Shown one piece after another: positions 52,401 to 64,000 of a DNA stretch of 64,000 bases. Numbering within the stretch: the first letter of the stretch is position 1; every line of letters starts with the position of its first letter. Source of the stretch: Phoronis australis (taxonomy: Eukaryota; Animalia; Phoronida); assembly GCA_002633005.1 (NCBI GenBank), contig NMRA01000258.1, positions 269,126-333,125 on the forward strand. Direction: 5' to 3'. The notes under the pieces were generated by a model that was given only the letters and a program-made list of their open reading frames with translations, ran no database searches and was not told the DNA's origin. The position numbers and the translations under genes were made by a program.

Positions 52401-54977
52401 AAAAATACTGGTGTTCAGTTCTGCAAGTGCTGGACTGTAACTGGTGAGATCACGATTTCATATCTGTCTTGGGGTTGATCTCCACAAGCCTGAGTGTGCC
52501 ACTTTGAGCGAATGAATAACACCAGGGAGACATCTTCTCATAATGCTAATTTAAAGCTGCCGTGTTTTAAGAGCAAAAACAATCTTTCAAAGACACAAAT
52601 GTATAAATTTTGCTCTTCCAAAACAACCTCATTACCTTCTTATCCTTTGGTTGAATTGAAATCTATAATAAAGTCCCAGAACTCCGCATCCGTGACTCAT
52701 TCTTATCCATTTGTTTTGTTCGGTTATCAAACAACTGGACAGTGGAAACTAATCCCGGAAGATTCTAATTGACATCCAAACAGTATTTGACACTGTTAAT
52801 CATCAGGATTCCAAAGGAAATTTTGGGCAATAAGACGGTCCCATTACACAGAGGCAATTCAATTGCACACTGTTTACCCACAATGCTGCAGCATCCATCA
52901 AGTGGTTTTCTAGCCTTGTTTTTGCCCAATTGGAGTTTCTCATGTTATATGTAGGTGTCCTACTTGAGATTCTATCCGGGCCAGTCCTATTGGGGCACAT
53001 CCATCAATAAGAGAAGTAAGATTGTACGGTCCCATAAACCTACACGCCTATAAATAGTATGCACAGACAACACATATTTATGAAGGGGTTGGAGTGTCCC
53101 ATCAGCCCGAGGTCCTTTTTCTTCATTATTAGTGTATTTTAATGATCAAGTTGCTTTATACGTCAAGCATGGTCTCGAGATAACATACTGTCAAGTCTTC
53201 CCAAGCCCAGAACTTTATTTTTATTGGAGTAAGGAACAAGTTCAAGCCAGTTTGAAAGCTCCTGTGGTCAAAATAAAAAACTAAACATTCTTTGACTGAT
53301 GGTGGGTTTATAGTAATTTAAACAAATTTTACTATGTTTCATTTTCTTTTACATGGATCCTGAGAAGTGCAATTGTTATATTATATGACAGTGTCAGGAA
53401 ACATGATAATATCAGATTGGACATTTGATAGCAAAAAATACCCCCCCCCCCACATACATGCAGCAAATAAGAAAAACCTACTTCCCTCAAGCAGGATGAT
53501 CCTATATCAATAGCTGACAGTGTCCTTGAACATTGTGGCATAATGCCTGTAGTTTTCTGTGAAATGACCTTGGAAAGTTTACAAGACAGTAAGGTGCATT
53601 TAACACATTGTTTGCCTCAACTGCACTTACCTCCACCATTGCTGTAACACAAGTAGGGAAATCTCCACAAGTTACCCAGACCAACGGCATAACTGAGACA
53701 GGACAGCAGGAAGTCAAGCTTGCCACTCCAGTTACCACGACTCTTGTTCTCATCCCCAGAGTCACTGTCACTGCCAGAATCCTGGTTCACTGGGTCACCA
53801 TCAATGCCAGCCTCTAGCTCCTTAGACTCAGCNCGGAACTCTGGCATCGGTGGCTCATTCTCACCTGAAACCCGCCTTATCCATTTGTTTTGTTCGGTTA
53901 TCAAACAACTGGACATGGAAACTAATCGAGCAAGATTCTAATTGACATCCAAACAGTATTTGACACTGTTAATCATCAGGATTCCAAAGGAAATTTTGGG
54001 CAATAAGACAGAGCCAATTCAATTGGACACTGTTTACCCACAATGCTGCAGCATCCATCAAGTGGTTTTCTAGCCTTGTTTTTGCCCAATTGGAGTTTCT
54101 CATGTTATATGTAGGTGTCCTACTTGAGATTCTATCCGGGCCAGTCCTATTGGGGTACATCCATCAATAAGAGAAGTAAGATTGTACGCCCTACACGCCT
54201 ATAAATAGTATGCATAGACAACACATATTTATGAAGGGGTTGGAGTGTCCCATCAGCCCGAGGTCCTTTTTCTTCATTATTAGTGTATTTTAATGATCAA
54301 GTTGCTTTATACGTCAAGCATGGTCTCAAGATAACATACTGTCAAGTCTTCCCAAGCCCAGAAATTAATTTTTATTGGAGTAAGGAACAAGTTCAAGCCA
54401 GTTTGAAAGCTCCTGTGGTCAAAATAAAAAATAAACATTCTTTGACTGATGGTGGGTTTATAGTAATTTAAACAAATTTTACTATGTTTCATTTTCTTTT
54501 ACATGGATCCTGAGAAGTGCAATTGTTATATTATATGACAGTGTCAGGAAACATGATAATATCAGATTGGACATTTGATAGTAAAAAATACCCCCCACAT
54601 ACATGCAGCAAATAAGAAAAACCTACTTCCCTCAAGCAGGATGATCCTATATCAATAGCTGACAGTGTCCTTGAACATTGTGGCATAATGCCTGTAGTTT
54701 TCTGTGAAATGACCTTGGAAAGTTTACAAGACAGTAAGGTGCATTTAACACATTGTTTGCCTCAACTGCACTTACCTCCACCATTGCTGTAACACAAGTA
54801 GGGAAATCTCCACAAGTTACCCAGACCAACGGCATAACTGAGACAGGACAGCAGGAAGTCAAGCTTGCCACTCCAGTTACCACGACTTTTGTTCTCATCC
54901 CCAGAGTCACTGTCACTGCCAGAATCCTGGTTCACTGGGTCACCATCAATGCCAGCCTCTAGCTCCTTAGACTCAGC
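35534..54977 (-). CDS. SLC6 sodium- and chloride-dependent amino acid transporter, glycine transporter (GlyT)-like; about 660 aa plus a short first exon
   Basis: Minus-strand exons 54776-54977 (duplicate at 53631-53832), 48495-48626, 47868-48011, 47398-47572, 46316-46583, 45131-45234, 44499-44623, 42984-43096, 42035-42172, 41114-41213, 39608-39708, 36097-36270 and 35534-35740 have consistent phases. Motifs: [98 protein letters not shown]. The TM6 Trp is typical of glycine transporters. Confidence 0.92.
37308..37520 (+). mobile_element. Short interspersed repeat/MITE (copy 2 of the 33189-33442 family)
   Basis: CAGTGGCAGATCTAGGATACCATAAGAAGGGGGCCCAACA...GGGAATTGGGCAAAGT...GCACAGGC is co-linear with the inverted copy. 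The right boundary is approximate. Confidence 0.6.
37693..38515 (-). mobile_element. 823-bp MITE, PIF/Harbinger-like (copy 2, inverted relative to copy 1)
   Basis: Same TIRs, with a TAA/TAA TSD. ORF-track peptides at 31847-32092 (-) and 38313-38588 (+) are near-identical, confirming the homology. Confidence 0.88.
40391..40441. repeat. (TG)n/(TGCG)n microsatellite
   Basis: Read directly from the sequence. Confidence 0.95.
42634..42767. repeat. 64-bp tandem duplication
   Basis: AACTGCATGTACTCAGATAATAAATCACATGACATCCTAAGYACACTAGCRCTCCCTGCTGGTG occurs twice with 2 mismatches. Confidence 0.93.
49058..49131 (+). mobile_element. tRNA-derived SINE head or tRNA pseudogene
   Basis: A-box TGGCTCAGTGG, stem TCTGC-7nt-GCAGA and B-box-like GGTTAGAGTCC. 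The acceptor stem is imperfect and the T loop is non-canonical. Confidence 0.6.
49447..49752. mobile_element. MITE with 12-bp TIRs and a TA TSD, containing GCTGCAAAC-type internal repeats
   Basis: Reads TA|CCCGTACCAAAA ... TTTTGGTATGGG|TA. A related degraded copy lies at about 3230-3460. Confidence 0.75.
50291..50465. repeat. Minisatellite, 19-bp unit, 9 copies
   Basis: ACAGGAACCCGTGGATCAG repeated nine times with two point variants. Confidence 0.97.
51506..51730 (+). mobile_element. tRNA-derived SINE-like element
   Basis: A-box-like TGGCCTCGTTG and B-box GGTTCAAGTCC, followed by CCCTTGAGCCAGG resembling SINE core segments. The 3' end is approximate. Confidence 0.55.
52677..54977. repeat. 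About 1.15-kb tandem duplication containing an SLC6 exon, joined by a single N (probable allelic/assembly duplication)
   Basis: ~52677-53832 and 53834-54977 are near-identical apart from SNPs and small indels; the N is at 53833. Confidence 0.9.
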
Positions 54978-56690
54978 CTTTAACAAACAGCTGGACTTTT
55001 AAAGAGACTAATATGATGTAGAGATTCTGCCAGAAGATGACCTTATGTAAATATCAATTTACACTCTACCTGAACCCCCTTATGTGGCTGCAACTGGGCT
55101 TCAAGGAGCATCTTAAATCAACCATATTACCTCCCACATATAACCTTAGAATATGGTATCTATTGAGACGTGGGTAATTTCATACCAAGCAAATATTATA
55201 AACAAATAAAAACACAAATTCATTGGTATTATATCCCAGTCTCAAAATACCTCTTTTGTATTTTGTTTGTTTTTTCTAAAATAGCTGGATAGCATACGAA
55301 CAATAGGTGTCTCTGATGTGATCACAATAGGAAACACAACAATCCATTCGCATTGCAAGTTTTGTGCTGAATAATAACAAAGTCATGTACCAAATACTGT
55401 CACTGTATAGGGACAAGAGAATTTTTAGTTTTTCATTTTTATAAGGACTTGGTGCATGGAATACTTTACATTTTTTCTATACCATAGTAACCATAGCTAC
55501 TATCTGTCAGTGTTCAATACAAATTCTAGGCATTCATGATAATTTCAGTGGTCTTTGAAAAATGAAAAATAATAAAAATTTTTAATGCCACATGCTTCAT
55601 TTGTTTGTGAGCACTTGGTAAGAATTGAGATTACAGGTTTGACTAGGCCATGCGTTCATATTGAATTCAAAGCACATTTTGAGAAGCAGTATTCTCCACT
55701 GTATAATGGGCACTAAAATGGTTCTCAAAATAAGGGACCCTGTAGGTATTGTTACCAATTGGCTTCCGATGTACAATGCCTAAGTGGCGTTTAACATATG
55801 ATTGTACCTTTTATTCAGTCACTAATATTTGAACTTTTGTAAAAAATAACGTAATTGAAAAAAATCATGCTTAGGACCATTATAGGAACATGAGAATATA
55901 CCGGAACTTCCGGAAGTACAACTAAAAAACATTATCATGGTTCTTAGGCACAGTTTGTTAATTTAGGAATCTCTTCAACAATGTGATTTCTGGAAAAGCG
56001 AAGTTTTTTACAATTTTTATTGGCAAGAAAGGTTTTTCCATTTCAATAATTTTAACACAAATTAAATGTTTACATTGCACGATCACCGAATGTTCTCAAA
56101 TGTTTCTCATTCAAGTTTAAGGAATTTTTATTCTAAATCATGACCAGTTCAAACCAGCTGGCTTATTGGTTGTCCACCTTCACAAGAATGTGGCCTAACT
56201 CTTGAACTTATCATTAACAGAATGGCCTAGGATATGTAGGCAGCAGACACACTGAGCATGATGCAATACTGAGGTGGGCAGAGCCTAGCAGTAAGAAGGA
56301 AGCCACAACCATTCCACATCAGATGAGGAATTTCATGATATCCATGTACTTCAATCATAATGAGGCTGGGATGCCAGGATTAGTGAAACAGGAATATCCT
56401 TCTTGAAGAAAATGCAATGTCATCGGATGCGTGTGTCTCTTTAGTCGCACAAAAATGTTGTTTATTGTTTTGTTTCTTAACTATGAAAATCCATGCCAAT
56501 ATTAAACACAGAGCACATGGTTTTTTTTTTGAACATGACATATTCCAGGTAAACACTGGCTTCAGACATATGTAAAAACCTTTTTATCAAATCTCACGTG
56601 TATCCAAAACATATTTCATCATTCCCTGTCGACAGTGACACATCATAACCCATGCAATATGTTAAGTAAGTAGAATAAAAAACAAATTAC

Positions 56691-56723
56691 CTTATCATAA
56701 GATTTTCCAAAGCAGTGGGCCAT
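56691..56723 (-). CDS. Candidate first coding exon A of the SLC6 gene (MAHCFGKSYDK)
   Basis: Reads AAAATGG...GATAAG|GTAATT on the minus strand. The phase-0 donor matches the phase-0 acceptor at 54977. Confidence 0.45.
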
Positions 56724-58088
56724 TTTTGAGCAGCTACCTTACGTGGTGTTATGGGTAAATCACCAGCTCCCAAATAAGTGCAAGTACTCCTAATAAGGAA
56801 CACAAAGTAACCCCTAATATGGCAACCACCAGCCTTATTAGGGTGACCTCACTATAATTTGACCTTTGAAAGAATTTCAACCAATGAGAGCAATCCAAAG
56901 TTGTCCCTTATATGGCTGAGCTGACCTAATATGGGAGATCATGCATAAGAAGTGTGAACACTGCTAGTGAATGGTAAATCCAATGGCTTGGGTGATGCGT
57001 ATGTTCAAATAAAATCGACCAACTTGTTCTCCCAGCAAGTTACCCTATCAATTTTTAACTTTTTTGCTTTGGTCATTTGTTTGTATAATCATGCGTGAGC
57101 AATAGTTCCGGTACATTAAGTTCAAAGGTAGGTATCGTACAAACTAGTGCAAACCGGCTAAGATAAATCAATGTTATCTGAATTGTCTAACCAAACATGT
57201 TTTGCTTGATCACTTGGCACAATGTCAAACATAATCCCTTGTTCTCAACTAGGACACTTATTGAAATTTCTGAGTTACGTAAACTGGTTATAACCTGCTT
57301 AACCACTTCTATTAAGCCCACTTGTTAGAAGTGAAAGCTCCCCTTAAGATTTTCCATGTTTTTTCCAAACATGACCGGCACTATCAAGTAAAATAGGTGA
57401 AGTGATTACCATTATCGAAATCAGCATTACTATAAAATCTCACCAATTTAACACAAAATAATCGCTAAAATTGAATTTTTTTCATTTTTCAAAAGCTTTT
57501 ATCATTTTTGCACATCTTGTCCAAAGTTCCAAACATCTTCAAGCTATTGTCTGGTGTTAGCTTTGATACAGACATCAATTTGGAGAACAACATAAATATT
57601 TTAAGAAAACATGAAATTGATGACAACTAAAAACTGAGAACAGTTGTCCAGTTAAATAACTGCTGATGGATTTTATACAATTCCTGTTAATTTAGCAATG
57701 GCCCGGGTTTGTTTTGTGAGGACACCTTACCAATGGCAAAACCAAAACACTAGGAACACATAGGTATATATATTCAGTGAGTGGGAATTTTCAAACTTGA
57801 CAATGACCTGAGTTGTGCACAGGCAGACACCAGGCAGCTGCAACCCCACAACAAGCTATGTTAAAATGGCACAATTAATGACATGGCTATCTTGTCTCAG
57901 TGTTTTAGTGGCTGGGACCATGTACAGAATCCGTTTAAAATATCCTAAACACAGTAGAGTATGCATTTGATTCGTTTTTCTGACATCTGAAGTCCAGTGT
58001 CGGTCAGTGAATAATTATAAGCGTTTATAACACCTTGCAACAGTCAGAGATCCTTATCAACAATTTTCCTAGGCAATGACCATTGCCT

Positions 58089-58148
58089 NNNNNNNNNNNN
58101 NNNNNNNNNNNNNNNNNNNNNNNNNNNNNNNNNNNNNNNNNNNNNNNN
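58089..58148. other. Assembly gap flanked by the quasi-palindrome TAGGCAATG(AC/GT)CATTGCCT(A)
   Basis: A run of 60 N with the same palindromic unit on both sides, suggesting a collapsed repeat. Confidence 0.9.
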
Positions 58149-58925
58149 CCTAGGCAATGGTCATTGCCTACAATTTCCCATGAATGGCACTGAAGTGGTT
58201 CCTTCTATGCTCATTTGTGGAATAAATGTTGTCCGTAGCAAGACCGAAGACTGAATGCTCAAAGTATCACTGACTGTTCAAAGGATCTAACGAATCCCAA
58301 TGAAATTGCTAGAGATGATAAGTAGATGAGTCCCAAAAATCTCTGAACCTGCTGATAATTTGGTGTAACGGTCAGACAGACCAGCATTAAGCTGTGGCAG
58401 GTTAGTTTGAGTGGCCAAGAACTAACAGTAATGACCATCAAGGGAATTTCGGAGGCGATTTATTATATACCAAATATCCAATTCAAACAAATATGTTTGT
58501 GATAAAATTTGTTTTTCACGCCACAATATGGTTTACAGAGCCTTTGAAATCAACCGGCGGGTCAGGGTATGTCTGTGTATCATGACCATGAACTTCAAGT
58601 AAGGCCAAGTGTAGTAAGTAGCCTTCTACAACATGTTACATTTTGTAAGTTTTGATTTCGTACTATTTTCAGTCGGTTAATTTCCCAGCGGCACACACCG
58701 TTAAAATCATAGTCCATTATCGCACCCCATTCTCCTTTCCGCGGACTTTCCATTCATTATACGGCTACGGTTCTACTACAAAGCATTAGGCAACGATTCT
58801 ACTGAATTCCTATTCGTTGTCAAAGCCAAAGGCGAAACAAACTCTTAGCAACTTAAGTCAGACCTTAACTTTTCGTTACTCGTTTCAAACAAAAACCCAC
58901 TAATAGGCACTATGCAATAACTTAC

Positions 58926-58952
58926 CAAGTGGTATTCCATGTTTTTACTCAT
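58926..58952 (-). CDS. Candidate first coding exon B of the SLC6 gene (MSKNMEYHL)
   Basis: Reads AACATGAGT...CACTTG|GTAAGT on the minus strand, a consensus phase-0 donor compatible with the acceptor at 54977. Confidence 0.45.
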
Positions 58953-61900
58953 GTTTACTAAATCGTACCCAACACACCATTCATCCGAACAATGAGAGTA
59001 ACTCAGTGATAAGACGCGTGTGAAGAGAGTGGCTTTTCTGTGTATGTTATCCACTGTAAGTGACCTGAGGGTCAGTAATGAAAGTTCAAACAAAGCTCGG
59101 GTCACTCCATGGTCACATGCCAATGCGCCATCTAAAGTCATCATAGAAAACCAACGTCAAATCCCTGCTTCCTTCGGGCTCGCCAAAGCAATCGGAAACA
59201 CGTTGGAAACAAGCAATAAAAACAGCTACACCGCTGATTGAGTGAATCAAAGACATTCTTAAACCCAGACATCTGCGCCCCGTGTCAGTAAAACATGCAA
59301 TAATCTCGTGTCTAAGTTTGCCATGTTGAAATGTGGTAAATGGCTCCATCGCCTCACTCACAAATTATCGCGAACTTCGTGTGAGTGTTGCAACCTCATT
59401 ATGTCACCTCCCTTACGGAAAACAGCCTATACTCAGTTCAGTTATAGTCCATGTTTATCAGTACTCTCAAAGGTTTGCTCCTGATTTTTTCTTGGACCTC
59501 AGTCTGATGTTTCCATAAATGATTTGGTCTATTTTAGCCAACCAATTAATGAAACGTCCTATCCACTGATGGATATTCATAGTGACATTTGAGAAATAAA
59601 GAAGCGACTGAGCCCATCGGACAATGCTCCCTGTCACACGTGCAAAGTTCAAGAAGAAGAATCTGAACTACACGGGGTTGACGTAACTGTTTCTAAATTG
59701 AAAAATAGCAAGCAGTTGGCGAATTTTCAGAATGTGCGTTACGTGCAGATAGTACTAATATCAATGACCTACCCGAAATGGCAAATTTATTCAACAACTG
59801 TTTTAACTAAATCGGACCATCCTTTTTCATAACAAACGAGAATTTCAAAGACTATCTTCCTTCTCCAAACAAATCTAAGTTCTCTTTCAAGTACGAAAAT
59901 AATAAACATGACGAGTGATGGCGGAAATTCCATAGTTGCGCTGAAAACTTTACGAATGATTAGAAATTAAAGTGATTTCAAATTCGTTTGACGCATAGAA
60001 TTCTTAGCACGTCTAACCCTAGCCGTTTCGCATATTTACAGCTTTTTCGGGGAATGACCAGAGAACGTTATTCATTTATATTCGTTTTGTAAATGTGTAG
60101 GCTACAATCCTTTTGATCCTCCTTATTTCATTGGATAAACCTAAGAGTCAATTTGTCTTTAACTTGTGGTATTGAGGACATAATCTTCAGCAGATTCACA
60201 GGACCAAATATTTTGAATTTAATAATAACCTTAGGCAAGAATCACATACACCGCCAGAGATTTGTCGAATGCTTGCCATGTTTCTGATTTACTAAACAAC
60301 ATAAATATTTGAATATTCGGCAGTATTTTAGTAAAAGAGCGTTACGAAGGTGATTGAAAAACTAGAGGCACTGGTAATATGAATTAAATTAGGCTTGCTA
60401 AGGAGCATCCCAAATCCCGGAGGGGGGTGGGTTCGCACCCGTCGCACCCCCTTTGGTACGGGCATGTGTAATAATTCTAATTTCTAAAAACGCAAAAATC
60501 CTATAGTGAAGGCATTCGTAGAATAGAAAAAGATTATTCAGTTTCATTTTGTGTAAAAATATAACAATTTATAGAAAGTGGTGTAAAACAAATCAAGTGT
60601 TGAATTTTACCAAAAAAATCTGTGATTCAACAAAATGCTTTATAGTTTAATTCTTTTCACGGGTGAAGGAGGGTAAATCCTTCAGTTATCAGTATTTGTT
60701 TCCAAGTCACACTGATTCCAAAAATTGGTCAACTAATGTTTCATGTAAAATGTAAAAATGAAGCCGGAACGTGAAAAATAAACACAAGTAGTATAGTAAG
60801 TCATTTAGACGTCCCGTTTCAGCGGCTCCTCGGTCAAAGGTCATTCATACGAAAGGAAAAGGTCAAAGGTCACGTTGGATAAGTGCAATCGGAAGGGACA
60901 CCATTCGCTTACCGGACGGATGTGTCAAAGACGTCACCTCATGACGTTATGGGTTTAATGAGTCCCGTTAAAGAGGCACCTCGATGCTCGTTTTTGCGGC
61001 TCCTCGCAACGGATCGACACCGAAACAAAAGAGGGATGACGCTGCTGAATAAGAACAAAACGTATTTCGTGTGCGCCAAGTGTCGTCGTTGTATATTGCT
61101 TGTTCTGTCTCATTGATCAAAACCAAAGGCGTATACAAAAGGCCGATACTGATTACCACCCAACTCAACAACAGATGTCGCGTAAAGTCTAACACGGGAC
61201 CCGACGGTACTAAGCGAATCATACTAATAATACTAATAGCAAGAGGCGACCAGCTAACACAGAACATAAAACCGATAGCGTTTAAACGTGTATTAATAAC
61301 AGTACATTCCAATACACTACGAAATTCATCCACACGTTCATACACCGTTACCCGTACCAGTTGTCAATTATTAAGACCCAATTATTAAATGTCCGGGCTC
61401 TTCAGATTAATTGTGTACTGGATGACTTACATTTATTATATAACTTTTCCATAAAGTCTGGGCTGACACGTAGATTACTGTATACAGGGTCAATTAAGTG
61501 CCATTCGAATACGTATAATTCTAATCCTTCTGCTTTAATAACATTCCGGATCTTTTCAGAACTTTCGAAAGTCAAATGCCTTTCTTTATACTCGATGCAT
61601 GACCTGCACCAACACCACCTTCGGAGCAGAATTATTTCGGACATAAATGCAATCGAAGAGATTTGACCAAAATGGCATTTTCACCCTTCCTCAGACTGCC
61701 GTATTTGCCGATCTGGGCTATAGGGAGTGGACTCAATAAGTTCCATACTGAAAGATATCAGCTATGTTAATGTTACATTTCTGACTTAGACTAACAGGCA
61801 ACTGAACAACGTTTCAACGCCATGTCCTTCCCTTGACAGTACAGCTTCTTCAGCATCTCCAGCATTTTGACTTTTCCTAACTTTGTAACATTCACTGCTT

Positions 61901-63158
61901 ACCGTCAAAACTAAAAATCTGACTGCTCTGCTCATGCCCAATGGCCAGCTCGTTCTGGAATCTACTCGGCGACTGCAGAAGTTAGGGAGAAATGACAGCT
62001 GGTCAGTGAGCTGGTGTCTGTGCTTCTCTATCTCCTCCGCAATCTTTCTCTAGTCATCCTTGTCCAGGTCCATTACTCCCTTCTTGTACTTATTCTTTTT
62101 CCTGTCACTCCACTACGTGACGTTTGCTCTTCACCACCTTCATTCCACTTATGTTCTCCATGGCAGGATCAAGGTGCGCACACCCAACGAAACTCTTTAA
62201 CCACATGACCACTTAATTGCTCGGCTCTCATTAAAATGCTTCTTATAACCCAAGAACCTTTTACTCCATTGATATACGGTACGCCTGTTCTTAGAGTAGA
62301 ACAGATACTACAGTCTTGTCATCCACGTGTGCAGCTTCGAGTGGAACTTTTTGGCATTATTGGACAGGTGTTCCATCCACAACAAACTTCAAAATATACT
62401 TCGAAAGAACTCTGTCACGCTGCTAAACTTGGTATAAATTTCTTGCCAGAAATGCTTGGCACCTTAGTCGAATGCTTATCGCACTTTTGTCGAAGTTTCT
62501 CGTAGTTTAGGTTGACGTTATTGCGCTTAGTCGTTTATTGTTTAAGTTACGTGCAAATTGTGAAAATTAAGACATCGAACATGGAGGCGCTATTGTATTC
62601 TCGGCCAAAATAATTTCCACGTCGTTTGGTTTGTTTTGAAGACTGCCACACCAGCGCAGGTGCCGTACACAATTATGGTGACCTGCTACGAAGAAACAGG
62701 TCTCCTTGAGACAGGGTTGTTGAAGGACCAAGTTTAGGTAAACCACCACCTCTTCATAAGACTTGGCCCCATTTGAGTATACATGGAGTTACACCATGGC
62801 TGTGATGAGATTGTAAACCTACAGAGCATCGGTTCAAGCCTTACCGTTCACTACACTGGAGTGTAACAGGTTAATATTCCCATGGCCCATGCCACCACTC
62901 CGAAAAAACAGCTACTCCGAAGGTCGTCTACTCCGAAAAAACACCGTTACTACGACTTTTTACTCGATCTTCCTAAATTTTCTCAAAATTTCACGAATGA
63001 TTTATTAATTTGTTACTAACTAACAAAATACCCAAACAAAAATAAACTTGGACAATGAAGTCCAATGACTTATTTCTGCCATTATTACTGTCTTTGTAGT
63101 TAACAACTCTTGTATCCTATCTTCTTTGAAGTTCACTTGATCGAGAGAAAATTTATCA

Positions 63159-63404
63159 TATGCGCGCACCCAAGGGGGGTGGCTCGGAGAGCTCGAACGA
63201 GCCCCCCCCCCCCNNCCCCCCCCCCCCCCATTTGGCGAAGTGGACAAAAACGTTCGCCTCAAATCCACTGAGAAAACTAGACAAAAGTCCATTAAAAAGG
63301 CACTGAACGTGATATCCCGTTTTTAGTCCCCTTTTTTATGTTTGTAAAAGGTCTACATTGCCAAAAATTCGAGCCCCCCATATTTTAGACTGGGTGCGCG
63401 CATG
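63159..63404. mobile_element. Small MITE with about 13-bp TIRs and poly-C tracts
   Basis: ATGCGCGCACCCA ... TGGGTGCGCGCAT. Confidence 0.65.
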
Positions 63405-64000
63405 TATTAGATTATAAAATAAAACAAATGCGTTCATATTTGGAGGAGACGTGGGTTTCTTCGGAGTAGAGGTTTTTCGGAGTATTTTTGGAGTAATGGG
63501 CAGTAACCATACTAGACGCACGAGCATTGAACTGCTGATGGTATGTGCATTTCCATGCCATACAACCCTCATGAAATTTGTGATCAAACTGTTTGGCCAA
63601 CTATAGTACATGTATGTAATAGTGAGCATTTTGAAAATATATCCTGAAGAGGTTAACGAAGGAAATGAAAAATAATGAGTTAAAAACTAGACCTAAATGA
63701 CAGAAGGCTGCCAGGCAGTTTTGACCTTTGACCTCTGGTTTGACCTTGAAAATGACCCTGTATTAATAAAATAACACCAGAAATGGGCTTCCCAACACAG
63801 AAAATGGTATAAACTGTGTATTACATGACCCTGTTAGTCATCAAGTTGAAAAAACAAAGTTGGTCGAAATTCAAAATGGCGAAAACCGCCATCTTGATTT
63901 GCAAAAAATGCTCAAAGTTGCACTAAGTGCAACCAAGCTAATTTTGTTCAAAAAACTTTACAGTAATCAACATTGCAGGGTTCACTATGGGAGCTATTGG

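Noticed and set aside
53834-53916. Alternative N-terminus MSSCLITEQ...PEF of the SLC6 protein in the ORF track
   Set aside because: It reads through the N junction into duplicated intron sequence and is an assembly chimera.

Overview
Intron-rich, AT-rich animal (invertebrate-like) genomic DNA with three multi-exon genes. On the + strand are two tandem hydroxymethylbilane synthase (HMBS/porphobilinogen deaminase) paralogs with identical exon structure. The downstream copy (15670-29103) is canonical. The upstream copy (<=4208-9121) has an open frame and intact splice sites, but its cofactor-attachment motif EGGCSVP has become ETKGSVP. It also carries other cofactor-pocket substitutions and a basic NLS-like tail, making it a candidate tetrapyrrole-pathway pseudoenzyme and the main finding here. 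Both copies keep a U12-type (minor spliceosome) intron at the same position. On the - strand is a convergent SLC6 glycine-transporter-like gene (35534-~58952) with two candidate alternative first exons and an exon duplicated across an N, probably an assembly artefact. Introns and intergenic DNA hold several non-autonomous TIR elements, tRNA-derived SINE-like heads, hairpins and tandem repeats. All gene models were spliced and translated by eye and no database searches were run.
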